A stretch of 64,000 nucleotides of DNA, from positions 544,001 to 608,000 of the forward strand of contig CBDCXV010000002.1 of NCBI GenBank assembly GCA_965223905.1, written 5' to 3'. The DNA comes from Candidatus Latescibacterota bacterium. Lineage in GTDB: Bacteria > Latescibacterota > UBA2968 > UBA8231. This document shows positions 10,889 to 20,894 of this stretch, piece by piece. The notes under the pieces are model-generated. The model was not told where the DNA came from. It worked only from the letters and a program-made list of their open reading frames with translations, and did no database searches. Positions within the stretch are counted from its first letter, which is position 1, and each line of letters opens with the position of its first letter. The translations under genes and the position numbers were made by a program.

Positions 10889-10904
10889 TGGCACGGTGCG
10901 TGCA
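10889..10904 (+). promoter_or_regulatory. Sigma54 -24/-12 promoter (cassette A)
   Basis: TGGCACGGTGCGTGCA (GG-N10-GC). IHF-like AATCAGGAGGTTA at 10858-10870. Lies 60 bp before the ATG. Confidence 0.78.
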
Positions 10905-10964
10905 AGAGTATGGGCTGCGAGAACGATTTCCGTTCTGGCCGAACATGCGGAGAGGGAGGGCGAC

Positions 10965-13900
10965 ATGAGAAGGATGTCAGTCGACCTGCAGAGACGGGGG
11001 GAGGAAGATGCCGGAGGAGGGACTTCACAAGCGCGGGCGGCAAGCCGTTTCGGTCCCAGGGTCAGGCGATGGCTTCGACAAGTGCAACGGCGAGGCCACG
11101 CGTCGGCCCGCCCGCGAGGCGGGGCGCGCGGATCCGGCACAGTGCTTCTGGCGGCAGCCACCGCCCTTGTCGTCGCCGCGGCCGCCTCCGCTCAAGAGTA
11201 TGATCCGCCGGTCACCACGCTCGTGACGAACATGGTGCAACCTTCAGGATCGGACCTGGTCGTATGTCTGTCCGAGGGTCAGGACGGACTGTTTCAGGGG
11301 TTCAGAACCGGGCCGAACCAGGGTGGATACGAGCTGACGAGTATTCTGCTCTATGTGCGAGCGACGCATGAAAGTCGGTACATGACGATAAACGCCGGCC
11401 TGTACCGCGGCCGCGGCAACCAGTACACCAGGGTCGCCGACCTCACCAGGGCAGGTTCCTTGAACGACTTTGCCCACAATGAATGGCAGGCCCCCGCCAA
11501 CACCTACCTGGAGCCGAATACGGATTACCGTTTCGTCCTTGACTGTGTCGCCGGCTGCGCCAATGACAACAAGGCCCAATTCGGCAGGACCTACAGCATG
11601 GAAGAGGATTCGGGGGCGGAAGAGGGCTGGACTCTCCATGATCATCTCGGCTTTCGGAGAGCTGGCGAGACCCACTGGCTTTGCGATCTCAACAAGGTTC
11701 TCAGGATACGTATCAAGGGGCGTCCCAGCCCTCACCGCGCCTACAGGACGGAGATCGTGTCGACGCCGGAAAACGGGGGCACCTACCTGTACGGGGAGAA
11801 CATCGATGTCGCCCTGACGTTCAACACGGACGTGTACGTGCCGGAGGAGGGCTCCGAGATCGGCATTCGGGTCGGCGAGGCTGCCGACGGCCCCACCTAT
11901 CGCGCCGCGGAATACCTGTCCGGCTCCCGCACGAATCGTCTGGTGTACCGCTACCGGGTGCAGATGGGCGATACTGACGCCAACGGCATCAGCGTCGACG
12001 CGGGAGGACCGGACACCGGATACAGCAGGTGGGTGCCAACGATCGTCGCCAGTCTGGGTCTGTTGCCGGTCGACCGCTATTTCCCCGGACGGGCAGACGA
12101 CGGCAACCACAAGGTGGACGGCTCGCTTCAGGTCACCGATGTGGAGATCACGTCGAGACCCGGGCACGGGGATGGCTACCGGTTCGGCGAGGAGATCGAC
12201 GTCACCCTGACGTTTTCCGCCGAGGCGTTTGTCGGGCAGGACGCCTCGGTCATTGCCATTCGAGTCGGGGACGGTGCCGGCGAAGAAAACTACCGGGCTG
12301 CACGGTACGAATCCGGCTCCGGCACGAAGCGGCTCCTGTACCGTTACCGGGTGCAGTTTGCCGATTTCGATGCGGACGGCATCAGCGTCGATGTGGGCGG
12401 GGCCCACTCGGGCTTCGATGGGCCGCTGCCCACGGCCAGCCCCGGTCCGGGCTCAGTCCCGGCATCCCGGCACTACCCCGGCATGGCTGACGACGCCGGT
12501 CACAAGGTCGATCGATCGGTGACCGCTTCGTTCGTCGTGGAAGCCTTGACCATCTCCGAGGACGGAACCTCGGCGACGGTGACCGTGGAGCTGGACCCCG
12601 ACCCCGATCGTTCGGTGACCATCCCGATCGTCGTTGCCCTTGGCGACGGGGCGTCCGTCGACGACTACACCCTGTCTGCAACCGGCCTCGCCTTCGCGCG
12701 CGGGGAGACCTCGAAGAGCTTGACAGTGACCGCGACCGACGACAGTGAGGACGACGACGGGGAGAGCCTGGAACTCTCCTTCTGGACCTTGCCGTCCGGG
12801 GTGCGCGCCGGAAGTCGGGCATCCGCCACGGTGACCATCGCCGACGACGACGGGGCAACGACGGGACAGACGATTTCGATCAGCGCCGGCAGGGACGCCT
12901 ATATCGCAGGGTTGGACGACGTGGTCTTCGACCTGACGCTGGCCGAGGCGTCGGATCGGGCAATTGCGGTCGACGTCAGGCTGACGCAGGAGCAGCTGTT
13001 CCTGAATACCGGCGACCTGACGCAGCGCGTCGATTTTCCCGCTGACGCGACCGCCGCGGAGCTGCGCATCTCCCCCTCCCTGCAAAACGAGCGCGTGATC
13101 CAAAGCGGCACGCTTATGGCTACGGTTATCGAGGGGGCCGGCTACCACATCGGGACGCCGGCGGCGGCGAGCGTGCGCATGGCGGTGGGCAACCCCGCGT
13201 TGATCGCGCGGCTGGGGAAGTCCTCGTACAGCTTCGAGGAAGGGGCGACCGGCGCGGCAGCGGGCATCGAGGTCATCCTGGAGACGCAGCCGGGATTTCC
13301 GGCACCGAACCGGAGCCACGAAGTGACCCTGTCGACGGAGAGCGGGACGGCGGCTGCCGATGAGGATTTCGTCCCCGTTACGGAAACGATGACGTTCACT
13401 CCCGAGGAATTCACGGCCGCCGACGGCCGATGGGTTGCCCGAAAGAATATCGAGCTGCAGCTGGTGGACGACTCGGCGGACGAGCTCGAAGGGTTCTTCA
13501 TGGCAACGCTGGCCCGGGACGTTTCGCTCGGCGACCTGATTCAGGTGCGCAATCCCAACCGCACGCAGTGCGACGGCCCGTGCCGGTCCAGGATCGTCAT
13601 TGCCGACAACGACGAAGTGGGTGTCGCCTTCCTCGACGGCGACGGCAACCCGCTCACCGATTTCCGGCTGACGGTCCGCGAAGGGGAGCAGGTCACCTAC
13701 CAGCTCGAGCTCGACAGGCCGCCGGCGCAATGGGTGATTCTCGCCCGGGAACCGGGTGAGGGGGACCCCGACCTGGTTTCGCTCGGCGAGCAGTCCTGGA
13801 TGTTCACGGCGGGAGAAGGCGGGGCCCCTGAGGATGTCGACCATCTCCATGAGACGGTCCCGGGGATGGAGCACACGACCCCCCTGGAAATTCACCATTC

Positions 13901-16205
13901 GACGGAACCCTTTCCTGTTACCGTGGAGGCGCGGCATGACAACGACGCCTATAGTGGCGAGCGTCGCTTCCACCACTATCTGTACAGCCATGATCCGGGC
14001 CGGGACCGCGTCGAGCTGCCCGATGTCGTGATCGTCGAAATCGACAACGAGGCGGAGGGTCCGCTGCGGATCTTCGGAACGCCCGTAGTGGTTTCCCGGC
14101 CGGCGTCGGGAGGGAACACCTACGGGCTCGGCGAACGCATCGAGATTCAGGTGATCTTCACCAGGCCGGTACAGGTGACCGGCAGCCCGTATCTCGAATT
14201 CGGCCTGGGGAATTCCGGGGCCGCGGGCATGGCGAGGGCCAACTTCGCGGGCGGAGACGGTACGCAGACACTCATCTTCGCCTATACGGTTGGCGACGAA
14301 GACTGGGACGACGACGGGATCGAGATCGGCTCGGGGGCCCTCCGCCTGAACGGTGGTACGATCCAAAGCGTCGTGACCGGCGAGGATGCTGCCCTCGATC
14401 AACCCGCGGCAGGGGTGCAGCCGGAGCACAGGATTCGCGGCCCGGCGACGCTGTCGGTTGCCGACGCCAGGGTGACGGAGGAAGTGGATGCAACGCTCGA
14501 GTTCGTCGTTTCCCTGAGCAGGGAAGCCTCGGATACGGTGACGGTGGATTTCGCGACCGCGGACGGCACGGCCGCCGCGGGCCAGGACTACACGGCCGCG
14601 GAGGGGACGCTGACCTTTGCACCCGGCGAGACGGAGAAGACGGTTTCGGTGGCGGTTCTCGACGACGCCCACGACGAGGGGGAGGAGACGCTGACGCTGA
14701 CCCTGAGCAACGCCTCGGGGGCGCACATCTCCGACAACACGGCGACGGGGACGATCGAGAACGCCGATCCGTTGCAGCGGGCCTGGCTGGCGCGCTTCGG
14801 CCGCACCGCGGCCCAGCGCGTGCTCGACGGAGTTCAGGCGCGCCTTGAGGCGCCGCGCGAGTCGGGGATGCAGGCAAGGTTTGCGGGCCAAACTCTCGGG
14901 GCAGCAGGTGAGGAAGCGGCGTTTCCGTCCGGCGGCACCGGTGCGGTCGCCGAGCAGGGCCGCTTCGTGACGCCCTCCGCCCGGCTCGGCGGCAGCGTGG
15001 CCGAGGCCCGGGTGCGGCCGCAGTCGCCGGCCCTGCGCGACCTGGTGACCGGAAGCGCGTTCACCATGAGCCGGCAGGCGGGTGAAGGCCATGGCACTCT
15101 CTGGGGCCGCGGAGCGTATTCCAGCTTCGGCGGAAGTGTCGACGGCCTGTCGCTCGACGGCGGGGTGACGACGGGGATGTTCGGGGCCGATTTCGCCATC
15201 GGGCCCTGGGTGGTGGGGCTGCCGCTGTCGCACAGCCGGGGGGAGGGCGGCTGGTACACGGCGGACCGGGGCGAAGGGAGCATGGCCTCCTCTCTGACCG
15301 GGCTGTATCCGTATGCCGGCTACGGGTTTGGGGAGGATCTGTCTCTGTGGGGCCTGGCCGGGTACGGTCAGGGGGAGCTGGCGGTGATGATGGAGGACGG
15401 GGAGTCGTACCGCACCGGCATGGACCTGACGATGGCGGCGGCCGGGGTGCGGGGGGACCTGGTATCGGCCCGACAGGCGGGGGATCTGTGGCTGACGGTC
15501 GAGTCGGATGCGCTGTTGGTGCGCACGACCTCGGGGGCGGCTTCGGGCCCGTCGGGTCTGCTGGCGGCGGCGGTTGCGGACGTCAGCCGCCTGCGCCTGG
15601 GTCTGGAAGGTTCGGTGGATCTGGCGGTGGCAGGGGGCGGGTGGTTGACGCCGACGGTGGAACTGGGTCTGCGCCATGACGGCGGCGACGCGGAGACGGG
15701 GTTCGGAGTGGAGGTCGGGGGCGGTTCGGTGTTTGTCGACGCGGGCCGGGGTCTGAGGGCGCAGGTGATGGTGCGCGGCTTGGCGGCGCACGAGGCCGCC
15801 GACTTCCGGGACTGGAGGCTGTCGGGTTCGCTGCGCTTCGACCCGCAGCCGTCTTCGGAACTCGGGCCGGCAGTTGAGCTGATGCCCTCGTGGGGAGCGT
15901 CCTCTTCGGGCGGGGTGGAGGCGTTGATGGGACGCGAACCCCTGGCAGGTCTGGCGGCCAACGCCGCAGGTCGTCTCGAGGCGGAGGCGGCTTACGGGGT
16001 TTCGGTGTTGGGCGGCCGGGCCACGGGGATCCCCTACCTCGGGGTGGGGAATTGCGGGGCCCGGCGCGAGGTGCGCCTGGGCTGGCGGCTGAAGCTGGCG
16101 CAACAGGAAGGGCTGAAACTGGGCATCGAAGGGACGCGGCGGGAGAGCACCGCCGGCAACGCCGCTCCGGACCACGGGGTCATGCTGCGCCTGGCGCTGC
16201 GATAA
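10965..16205 (+). CDS. Large surface protein A: long leader, N-terminal beta domain, 3 Ig-like repeats, Calx-beta domains, C-terminal autotransporter-like beta-barrel
   Basis: GGAGGG RBS. Hydrophobic signal ending ASA-QE. Calx-beta VDFATADGTA.AGQDY....GTLTFAPGET.KTVSV.VLDD..DEGEET.TLTLSN. AWLARFGRT linker, LWGRG, PTVELGLRHDGGDAETGFG. Confidence 0.85.
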   Translation: MRRMSVDLQRRGEEDAGGGTSQARAASRFGPRVRRWLRQVQRRGHASARPRGGARGSGTVLLAAATALVVAAAASAQEYDPPVTTLVTNMVQPSGSDLVVCLSEGQDGLFQGFRTGPNQGGYELTSILLYVRATHESRYMTINAGLYRGRGNQYTRVADLTRAGSLNDFAHNEWQAPANTYLEPNTDYRFVLDCVAGCANDNKAQFGRTYSMEEDSGAEEGWTLHDHLGFRRAGETHWLCDLNKVLRIRIKGRPSPHRAYRTEIVSTPENGGTYLYGENIDVALTFNTDVYVPEEGSEIGIRVGEAADGPTYRAAEYLSGSRTNRLVYRYRVQMGDTDANGISVDAGGPDTGYSRWVPTIVASLGLLPVDRYFPGRADDGNHKVDGSLQVTDVEITSRPGHGDGYRFGEEIDVTLTFSAEAFVGQDASVIAIRVGDGAGEENYRAARYESGSGTKRLLYRYRVQFADFDADGISVDVGGAHSGFDGPLPTASPGPGSVPASRHYPGMADDAGHKVDRSVTASFVVEALTISEDGTSATVTVELDPDPDRSVTIPIVVALGDGASVDDYTLSATGLAFARGETSKSLTVTATDDSEDDDGESLELSFWTLPSGVRAGSRASATVTIADDDGATTGQTISISAGRDAYIAGLDDVVFDLTLAEASDRAIAVDVRLTQEQLFLNTGDLTQRVDFPADATAAELRISPSLQNERVIQSGTLMATVIEGAGYHIGTPAAASVRMAVGNPALIARLGKSSYSFEEGATGAAAGIEVILETQPGFPAPNRSHEVTLSTESGTAAADEDFVPVTETMTFTPEEFTAADGRWVARKNIELQLVDDSADELEGFFMATLARDVSLGDLIQVRNPNRTQCDGPCRSRIVIADNDEVGVAFLDGDGNPLTDFRLTVREGEQVTYQLELDRPPAQWVILAREPGEGDPDLVSLGEQSWMFTAGEGGAPEDVDHLHETVPGMEHTTPLEIHHSTEPFPVTVEARHDNDAYSGERRFHHYLYSHDPGRDRVELPDVVIVEIDNEAEGPLRIFGTPVVVSRPASGGNTYGLGERIEIQVIFTRPVQVTGSPYLEFGLGNSGAAGMARANFAGGDGTQTLIFAYTVGDEDWDDDGIEIGSGALRLNGGTIQSVVTGEDAALDQPAAGVQPEHRIRGPATLSVADARVTEEVDATLEFVVSLSREASDTVTVDFATADGTAAAGQDYTAAEGTLTFAPGETEKTVSVAVLDDAHDEGEETLTLTLSNASGAHISDNTATGTIENADPLQRAWLARFGRTAAQRVLDGVQARLEAPRESGMQARFAGQTLGAAGEEAAFPSGGTGAVAEQGRFVTPSARLGGSVAEARVRPQSPALRDLVTGSAFTMSRQAGEGHGTLWGRGAYSSFGGSVDGLSLDGGVTTGMFGADFAIGPWVVGLPLSHSRGEGGWYTADRGEGSMASSLTGLYPYAGYGFGEDLSLWGLAGYGQGELAVMMEDGESYRTGMDLTMAAAGVRGDLVSARQAGDLWLTVESDALLVRTTSGAASGPSGLLAAAVADVSRLRLGLEGSVDLAVAGGGWLTPTVELGLRHDGGDAETGFGVEVGGGSVFVDAGRGLRAQVMVRGLAAHEAADFRDWRLSGSLRFDPQPSSELGPAVELMPSWGASSSGGVEALMGREPLAGLAANAAGRLEAEAAYGVSVLGGRATGIPYLGVGNCGARREVRLGWRLKLAQQEGLKLGIEGTRRESTAGNAAPDHGVMLRLALR

Positions 16206-16530
16206 GAACCGTCGGCCTGTCAGCTCGACACGGGCTGCCCGAGGAGCTCCATCCCCGATATCTCTGATTTCTCAGTATCAGTAGCTACCCCTTGTCTGCT
16301 TGGCACTGGTCCTGGAGTACAAATCCGGGGCTTGGGGGACTTCCATCGCGATGTCCAGGACGTCGGCCACAGGTGCCCCGAGTGCCGCAGCAGGAAGAAC
16401 GACAACCGGCAGCCGGGCCCCACGGACCCCGAACAGGAACAGGAAACTCCGGAAACACTGTTTTCACAGGGGGAACCCTGGGAGCGCCAGCCTCACATGG
16501 AAGGCAACTTCCAGGCAGGGTGCCTGAACC

Positions 16531-19500
16531 TCAGCGCAGCAGTGTGAGCTTGCGGGTTTTCGCGCCGCCGGCCGTAACCAGGCGGTACACATAAACCCCA
16601 CTGGAAAGCGGGCGGCCTCGATCGTTCCGGGCGTCCCAGCGCAGGCGGTGAGGGCCAGCCTTCGCGGCACCTTCGTGCAACACCGCGACCCTTTGACCGG
16701 TCAGCGCAAACACCTCCAGGCGCGCCAACCCCGGCTGCAGCTGGTACCAGATTATCACCGTCTCGCTGTTGAAGGGGTTGGGGGCGTTCTGCTGCAGTTG
16801 CGGGCCGTCGGGAAGCCCGATCATTTCGTGGGCCAGGGCCAGCAGCTTCCCTCTCGCCTCTTCGCCGAAGTGGTCGGCGAGGAGGAAGAAGTCTCCGAAG
16901 CCGACCAGGCCATCGCCGTCGAGGTCGAAGTAGGGTTCACTGCTGCCGAAGTAGTCGGCGAAACGGAAAAAGTCATTGAGGTCGATCTGGCCGTCGGCGT
17001 TGAAGTCGGGGGAGGCCTCCCCGACGGCGGTAAAGACCACCGGCTCCAGGCCCTCTACGGTCACCTCCACGCGGATGGTCCCCCACACCTCTGCCGGCGT
17101 CAGCAGGCTGGCAGCGCGGCCCTGGGCATCGGTGAGGGCTAATTGAACCGACAGCAAGCCGTCGCCGGCGGTGACCGCAAAGGTGACCCGCACCCCTTCG
17201 AGCCCGTTTCCGTTCTGATCCAGCACTTGAACGATCAGCGGCTCACTCAATGCCGTCCACACCGGTCCCTGCTGCTCATCGCCGGACAGCTTGGTCAGTG
17301 TCCGGGGGGCAAGCAGCCCCACAGCGGTGAACATCACCGGCTCCAGGCCCTCCACGGTCACCTCCACTCTGACGGTACCCCCCACCCCCTCCAGGGTCAG
17401 CGTGGCGGAAGCGCGGCCCCCGGCGTCGGTAGTGGTGGTCTCCACCGACAGGGTGCCGTCGCCGGCGGTGACCGCGAAAGTGACCTCGGCCCCTTCGAGG
17501 CCATTGCCTTCCTCATCCAACACTTCAACGACCAGGGGCTCGGCCAACGCCGAGCCGACCGGCCCCCTCTGCTCATCGCCGGAAAGCTTGGTCAGCCCTT
17601 GCGGGGATAGCAGCCCCACAGCGGTGAACATCACCGGCTCCAAGCCCTCCACGGTCACCTCCACGCGGATGGTTCCCCCCACTTGCGGGGTCAGGATGCT
17701 GGCAGCGCGGCCCTGGGCGTCGGTGGTGACGGTTACTCGCGATAGGTTTCCATCCCCGCCAATGATCGCGAAAGTGACCTGCACCCCCGCGAGGACATTA
17801 CCATTCTGATCCTGCACTTGAACGACCAAGGGCTCGCTCAACGATGTCCAGACGGAGCCCTGCTGCCCATCGCCGGAAAGCTTGGTCAGCGTCCGGGGGA
17901 CCGGCACCAGCAGCCCGACAACCGTGAAAGTCACGGGTTCCAAGCCCTCCACGGTCGCCTCCACGCTGACGGTCCCCCCCTCGTCCCCCAGCGTCAGTGT
18001 GGTGGTGGCGCGGCCTCGGGTGTCCGTAGTGGCCGTTGCTGACGACACGGTCCCGTCCCCCTCCGTAACCGCGAATTCAACGGCCACGCCGGACAAGCCC
18101 GCCCCGTTCTGGTCCCGCACCTCGACGACAAGGGGGTCCTCGACCCGAGTGCCCGTCGGAGCCTCCTGGCCATCGCCCGAGATTTTGGCCAGGCCCTGAA
18201 GAGCGCGAGAGAAAACGACCTCGACACCCCCCGCTTCCAACTGTGGAATCTGCACGTTGGCTGCCGACGAATTCAGTGGATTGCCCTCGAGATTCAGGCG
18301 GGTCAGTTGCGTTGCCCATTCGAGACCCGTCAGAGAGCGGATCCCCCGGCTCCTCACGTCAAGGGAGCTCAGGCGGTCCATATCCTCCCGGGTGAGAGGT
18401 CCGTAGCCGGATTTGCCCAGGGCTTCCCGTACGGCCGCTTGCAGGTTGAAGTCGGCGATATGTACTACGGGGGTGACATAAGGGTCCAGGTTCCACAAGA
18501 CGATGGTGTAGTCCCCCAGTCTTTCGTAACCGCCGCCCAATGACGTGGCGAAAGTTGTGCCGTCGGGGGAAAATGCCGCACAGGCACCAAGCAGTCGATC
18601 GCCGCTGTTGCCCTGAAATCTCGCGAGTCTTCTGTAATCTCTCGCACCCGGATCCACTTCCCAGATGCTGATATCCCCATCCTGTACGGCGGTGACGATC
18701 TTCCCGCCATCGAGGGTAAAGGACACATGACGGAGAAGGTTCAACGCCCTCATTTGAAATTGATCCTTGAAGGCCCTCTTCTCCACGTCCCAGAAGGCGA
18801 CTTTGTTGTTGAAGGCACTTGTAACGAGTGTCTTCCCGTCCGGTGAGAAGGCCACGGAAGTGACCGAGTTCTCATAGGGGAAATTGGCAGTCTCGGTCTT
18901 TGTCGCTACGTCCCACAGCCTGATCGTGTTATCGAAAGCACCCGAAGCCAGGGTCTTGCCATCCGGTGAAAATGCCACGCTCTGGACACCCCCTGTATGG
19001 CCTGAAAGGGGGGGGAGCTGGGTTCTCCTCTCCATGTCCCAGAGCCTGATGATGTTCGGGCCGGTCCAATCATCCGTTATCCCCGAGGCGAGGATTCCTC
19101 CATCGGGCGAGAAGGCCAGGGACATGATCCGGGCGCGATAGGCAGTCAGTCTGAAGGTGGTTATCTCGGTTTTCGTCGGCACGTCCCACAGCTTGATGCT
19201 GCCATGCCATGTCCCCGTGGCGAGGGTTTCTCCATCGGGCGAAAAAGCCAGAGAAAAGACCTGCTGAACACGCCCCCGATTCGGGTCATATCCCTCGAGG
19301 GTGGCGATGTGTTCCCCGGTCTCTGCGTTCCACAGTTCAACGGTCAGGTTCTCTGTCCCTGCGGCGAGAGTTTTTCCATCGGGCGAAAAGGCCACACCGT
19401 TGGCTCCCTCTCCCCTGACCCCTTTCTGTCTGTCCAGGGGGATGACGAGCTTGTGGGTCGAATCATGCAGCAGGGTAAGACCCATCCTGCGGATATTGCC

Positions 19501-20547
19501 GCGCACATCCACAAGCTCGATGGTCATCTTGTGCGTAAGGAGGGAGGAGAGATCCGCAGCACCGGGATCCGATGGAATAATACCGTCATACTCGAAGTCG
19601 ACAGTCGCATTCGTCGCATCTCCCAACAGACGACCTGTCTTCAATTCCGGAAAGCCTGCGGAAAAGTGGGTTTCCGGTGTCGTGGTAAAAAGAGAGACCT
19701 GCTGAAGACCGTCGGGATCGCTGAGTTCCAGTTGGATGGGGACGCTTGTTGCATCTGTCTGATAGGAACGCGGTGAAAGGACCCGACACGTTGGCAGCTC
19801 TACCGCTATCTCCGTTCGCGTCGAACTCTCGGGGTTGAAATGGGGATGTACAGCCAGATGCCCGGCGCTGAGCTCGGATAGTCTGCCTTGCCCGGGACCA
19901 TATGACATGATGTAAGCCCCATCGTTGAAATTGTGCCACAGTCCGAAAGCATGTCCCAGTTCATGGGCTGCCCGGGTGACCCAATCGGGGTCGATATATT
20001 GCCTCAACATCGCCCATCCACCATTTCTCGACATCTGGAGACCGAGCCCGATAACATTTCGGGATTGAATGTCTTCCTCGTTGCCCAGGACGATGAAGTA
20101 GATGTTTGAACTGAGATCATATCCATACACCGATTCAATCCTGTTTAGCGCTCCGACATAGTCGTAATTGCCTCCGGTGCCGTTTACGACATGCACCACG
20201 GGTTCACCCTGTGCATCGGTTTCATAACGGAAGGTTCGGTCTCCAAATCCGTGCGTCCTGATCTGGTCCGCATAAATGCGCTGTACCTCGCGGATCGTCG
20301 TTTTCATCTGGTCCACCACGTCCTGCCTGAAGGCCTCCGGATCGGATACGAAGTAGATCATTCGCACGGTGCGCGGTTCTCCCGCATCCAGAAGGGCCGG
20401 CTTGGCCGCAGCCTGTTGCAGTTGGCGCTCAAGCCTCTCCGGGTCTACAGGGACACAGAAATGCGTACCGTCGGGCGACGGGGGAGCAGCTCGACTCCCT
20501 GACGAGAGCAGGATGAGCAAGGAAAGGGCATGGATGGTTTTTTTCAT
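16531..20547 (-). CDS. Secreted multidomain protein: metzincin-like metallopeptidase, WD40 propeller, LRR, 4 Big_1-like Ig repeats, EF-hand/dockerin-like, FlgD-Ig CTD
   Basis: Signal peptide. HELGHAFGLWH...YIMSY. Repeated AFSPDG..LA....D.TI.LWD. IRSLTGLE...L..LNL.GNPL. KLSGD.Q.G.....L.EPLVV.V.D x4. DFNADG.ID..DF. NAPNPFN...SGVYVYRL. Confidence 0.88.
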   Translation of the reverse strand: MKKTIHALSLLILLSSGSRAAPPSPDGTHFCVPVDPERLERQLQQAAAKPALLDAGEPRTVRMIYFVSDPEAFRQDVVDQMKTTIREVQRIYADQIRTHGFGDRTFRYETDAQGEPVVHVVNGTGGNYDYVGALNRIESVYGYDLSSNIYFIVLGNEEDIQSRNVIGLGLQMSRNGGWAMLRQYIDPDWVTRAAHELGHAFGLWHNFNDGAYIMSYGPGQGRLSELSAGHLAVHPHFNPESSTRTEIAVELPTCRVLSPRSYQTDATSVPIQLELSDPDGLQQVSLFTTTPETHFSAGFPELKTGRLLGDATNATVDFEYDGIIPSDPGAADLSSLLTHKMTIELVDVRGNIRRMGLTLLHDSTHKLVIPLDRQKGVRGEGANGVAFSPDGKTLAAGTENLTVELWNAETGEHIATLEGYDPNRGRVQQVFSLAFSPDGETLATGTWHGSIKLWDVPTKTEITTFRLTAYRARIMSLAFSPDGGILASGITDDWTGPNIIRLWDMERRTQLPPLSGHTGGVQSVAFSPDGKTLASGAFDNTIRLWDVATKTETANFPYENSVTSVAFSPDGKTLVTSAFNNKVAFWDVEKRAFKDQFQMRALNLLRHVSFTLDGGKIVTAVQDGDISIWEVDPGARDYRRLARFQGNSGDRLLGACAAFSPDGTTFATSLGGGYERLGDYTIVLWNLDPYVTPVVHIADFNLQAAVREALGKSGYGPLTREDMDRLSSLDVRSRGIRSLTGLEWATQLTRLNLEGNPLNSSAANVQIPQLEAGGVEVVFSRALQGLAKISGDGQEAPTGTRVEDPLVVEVRDQNGAGLSGVAVEFAVTEGDGTVSSATATTDTRGRATTTLTLGDEGGTVSVEATVEGLEPVTFTVVGLLVPVPRTLTKLSGDGQQGSVWTSLSEPLVVQVQDQNGNVLAGVQVTFAIIGGDGNLSRVTVTTDAQGRAASILTPQVGGTIRVEVTVEGLEPVMFTAVGLLSPQGLTKLSGDEQRGPVGSALAEPLVVEVLDEEGNGLEGAEVTFAVTAGDGTLSVETTTTDAGGRASATLTLEGVGGTVRVEVTVEGLEPVMFTAVGLLAPRTLTKLSGDEQQGPVWTALSEPLIVQVLDQNGNGLEGVRVTFAVTAGDGLLSVQLALTDAQGRAASLLTPAEVWGTIRVEVTVEGLEPVVFTAVGEASPDFNADGQIDLNDFFRFADYFGSSEPYFDLDGDGLVGFGDFFLLADHFGEEARGKLLALAHEMIGLPDGPQLQQNAPNPFNSETVIIWYQLQPGLARLEVFALTGQRVAVLHEGAAKAGPHRLRWDARNDRGRPLSSGVYVYRLVTAGGAKTRKLTLLR
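17020..18200 (-). repeat. Four tandem ~300-bp intragenic Ig-like repeats
   Basis: Near-identical blocks such as CCCTCCACGGTCACCTCCAC and AGCTTGGTCAG recur with ~300-bp period. Boundaries approximate. Confidence 0.85.
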
Positions 20548-20894
20548 GTCCAATCACCTTTCATGTCATGCTTGGCCCCCATACGGGCAAGCCATGTATC
20601 AGATGGGGTTACTGTGAAGGTGGGAATTCCCGGGAGGAGCTCACTGCTACCACGACAGGGAGGCGCCAGTTCTTCCCGGCACGTCATCGACTGTGCCACG
20701 CAGTCCATCGTGCGAGTTTCGGATGGTTTTTCTGCTTTAAAATTACCCCAATCTGTATGAAATCAGTGTGAATTATTGGCATATTTTTATGACCATTACG
20801 TGATTTATCGAATTTCCGGTGGAGATTTACTGGGGCACCGAAATTCTCGCTGTGCCATACCATGGACCTGACTTCAGGCCGGCAGGAGTAGCGG

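Noticed and set aside
10884-10964. Upstream GTG start for adhesin A
   Set aside because: It overlaps the sigma54 promoter. ATG 10965 has an RBS and matches the paralog start.
16220-16527. Short ORFs with a CPEC motif between convergent genes
   Set aside because: Too short and ambiguous to assign to any family.
20777-20792. TGGCATATTTTTATGA as a sigma54 promoter
   Set aside because: Lacks the -12 GC at the required spacing.
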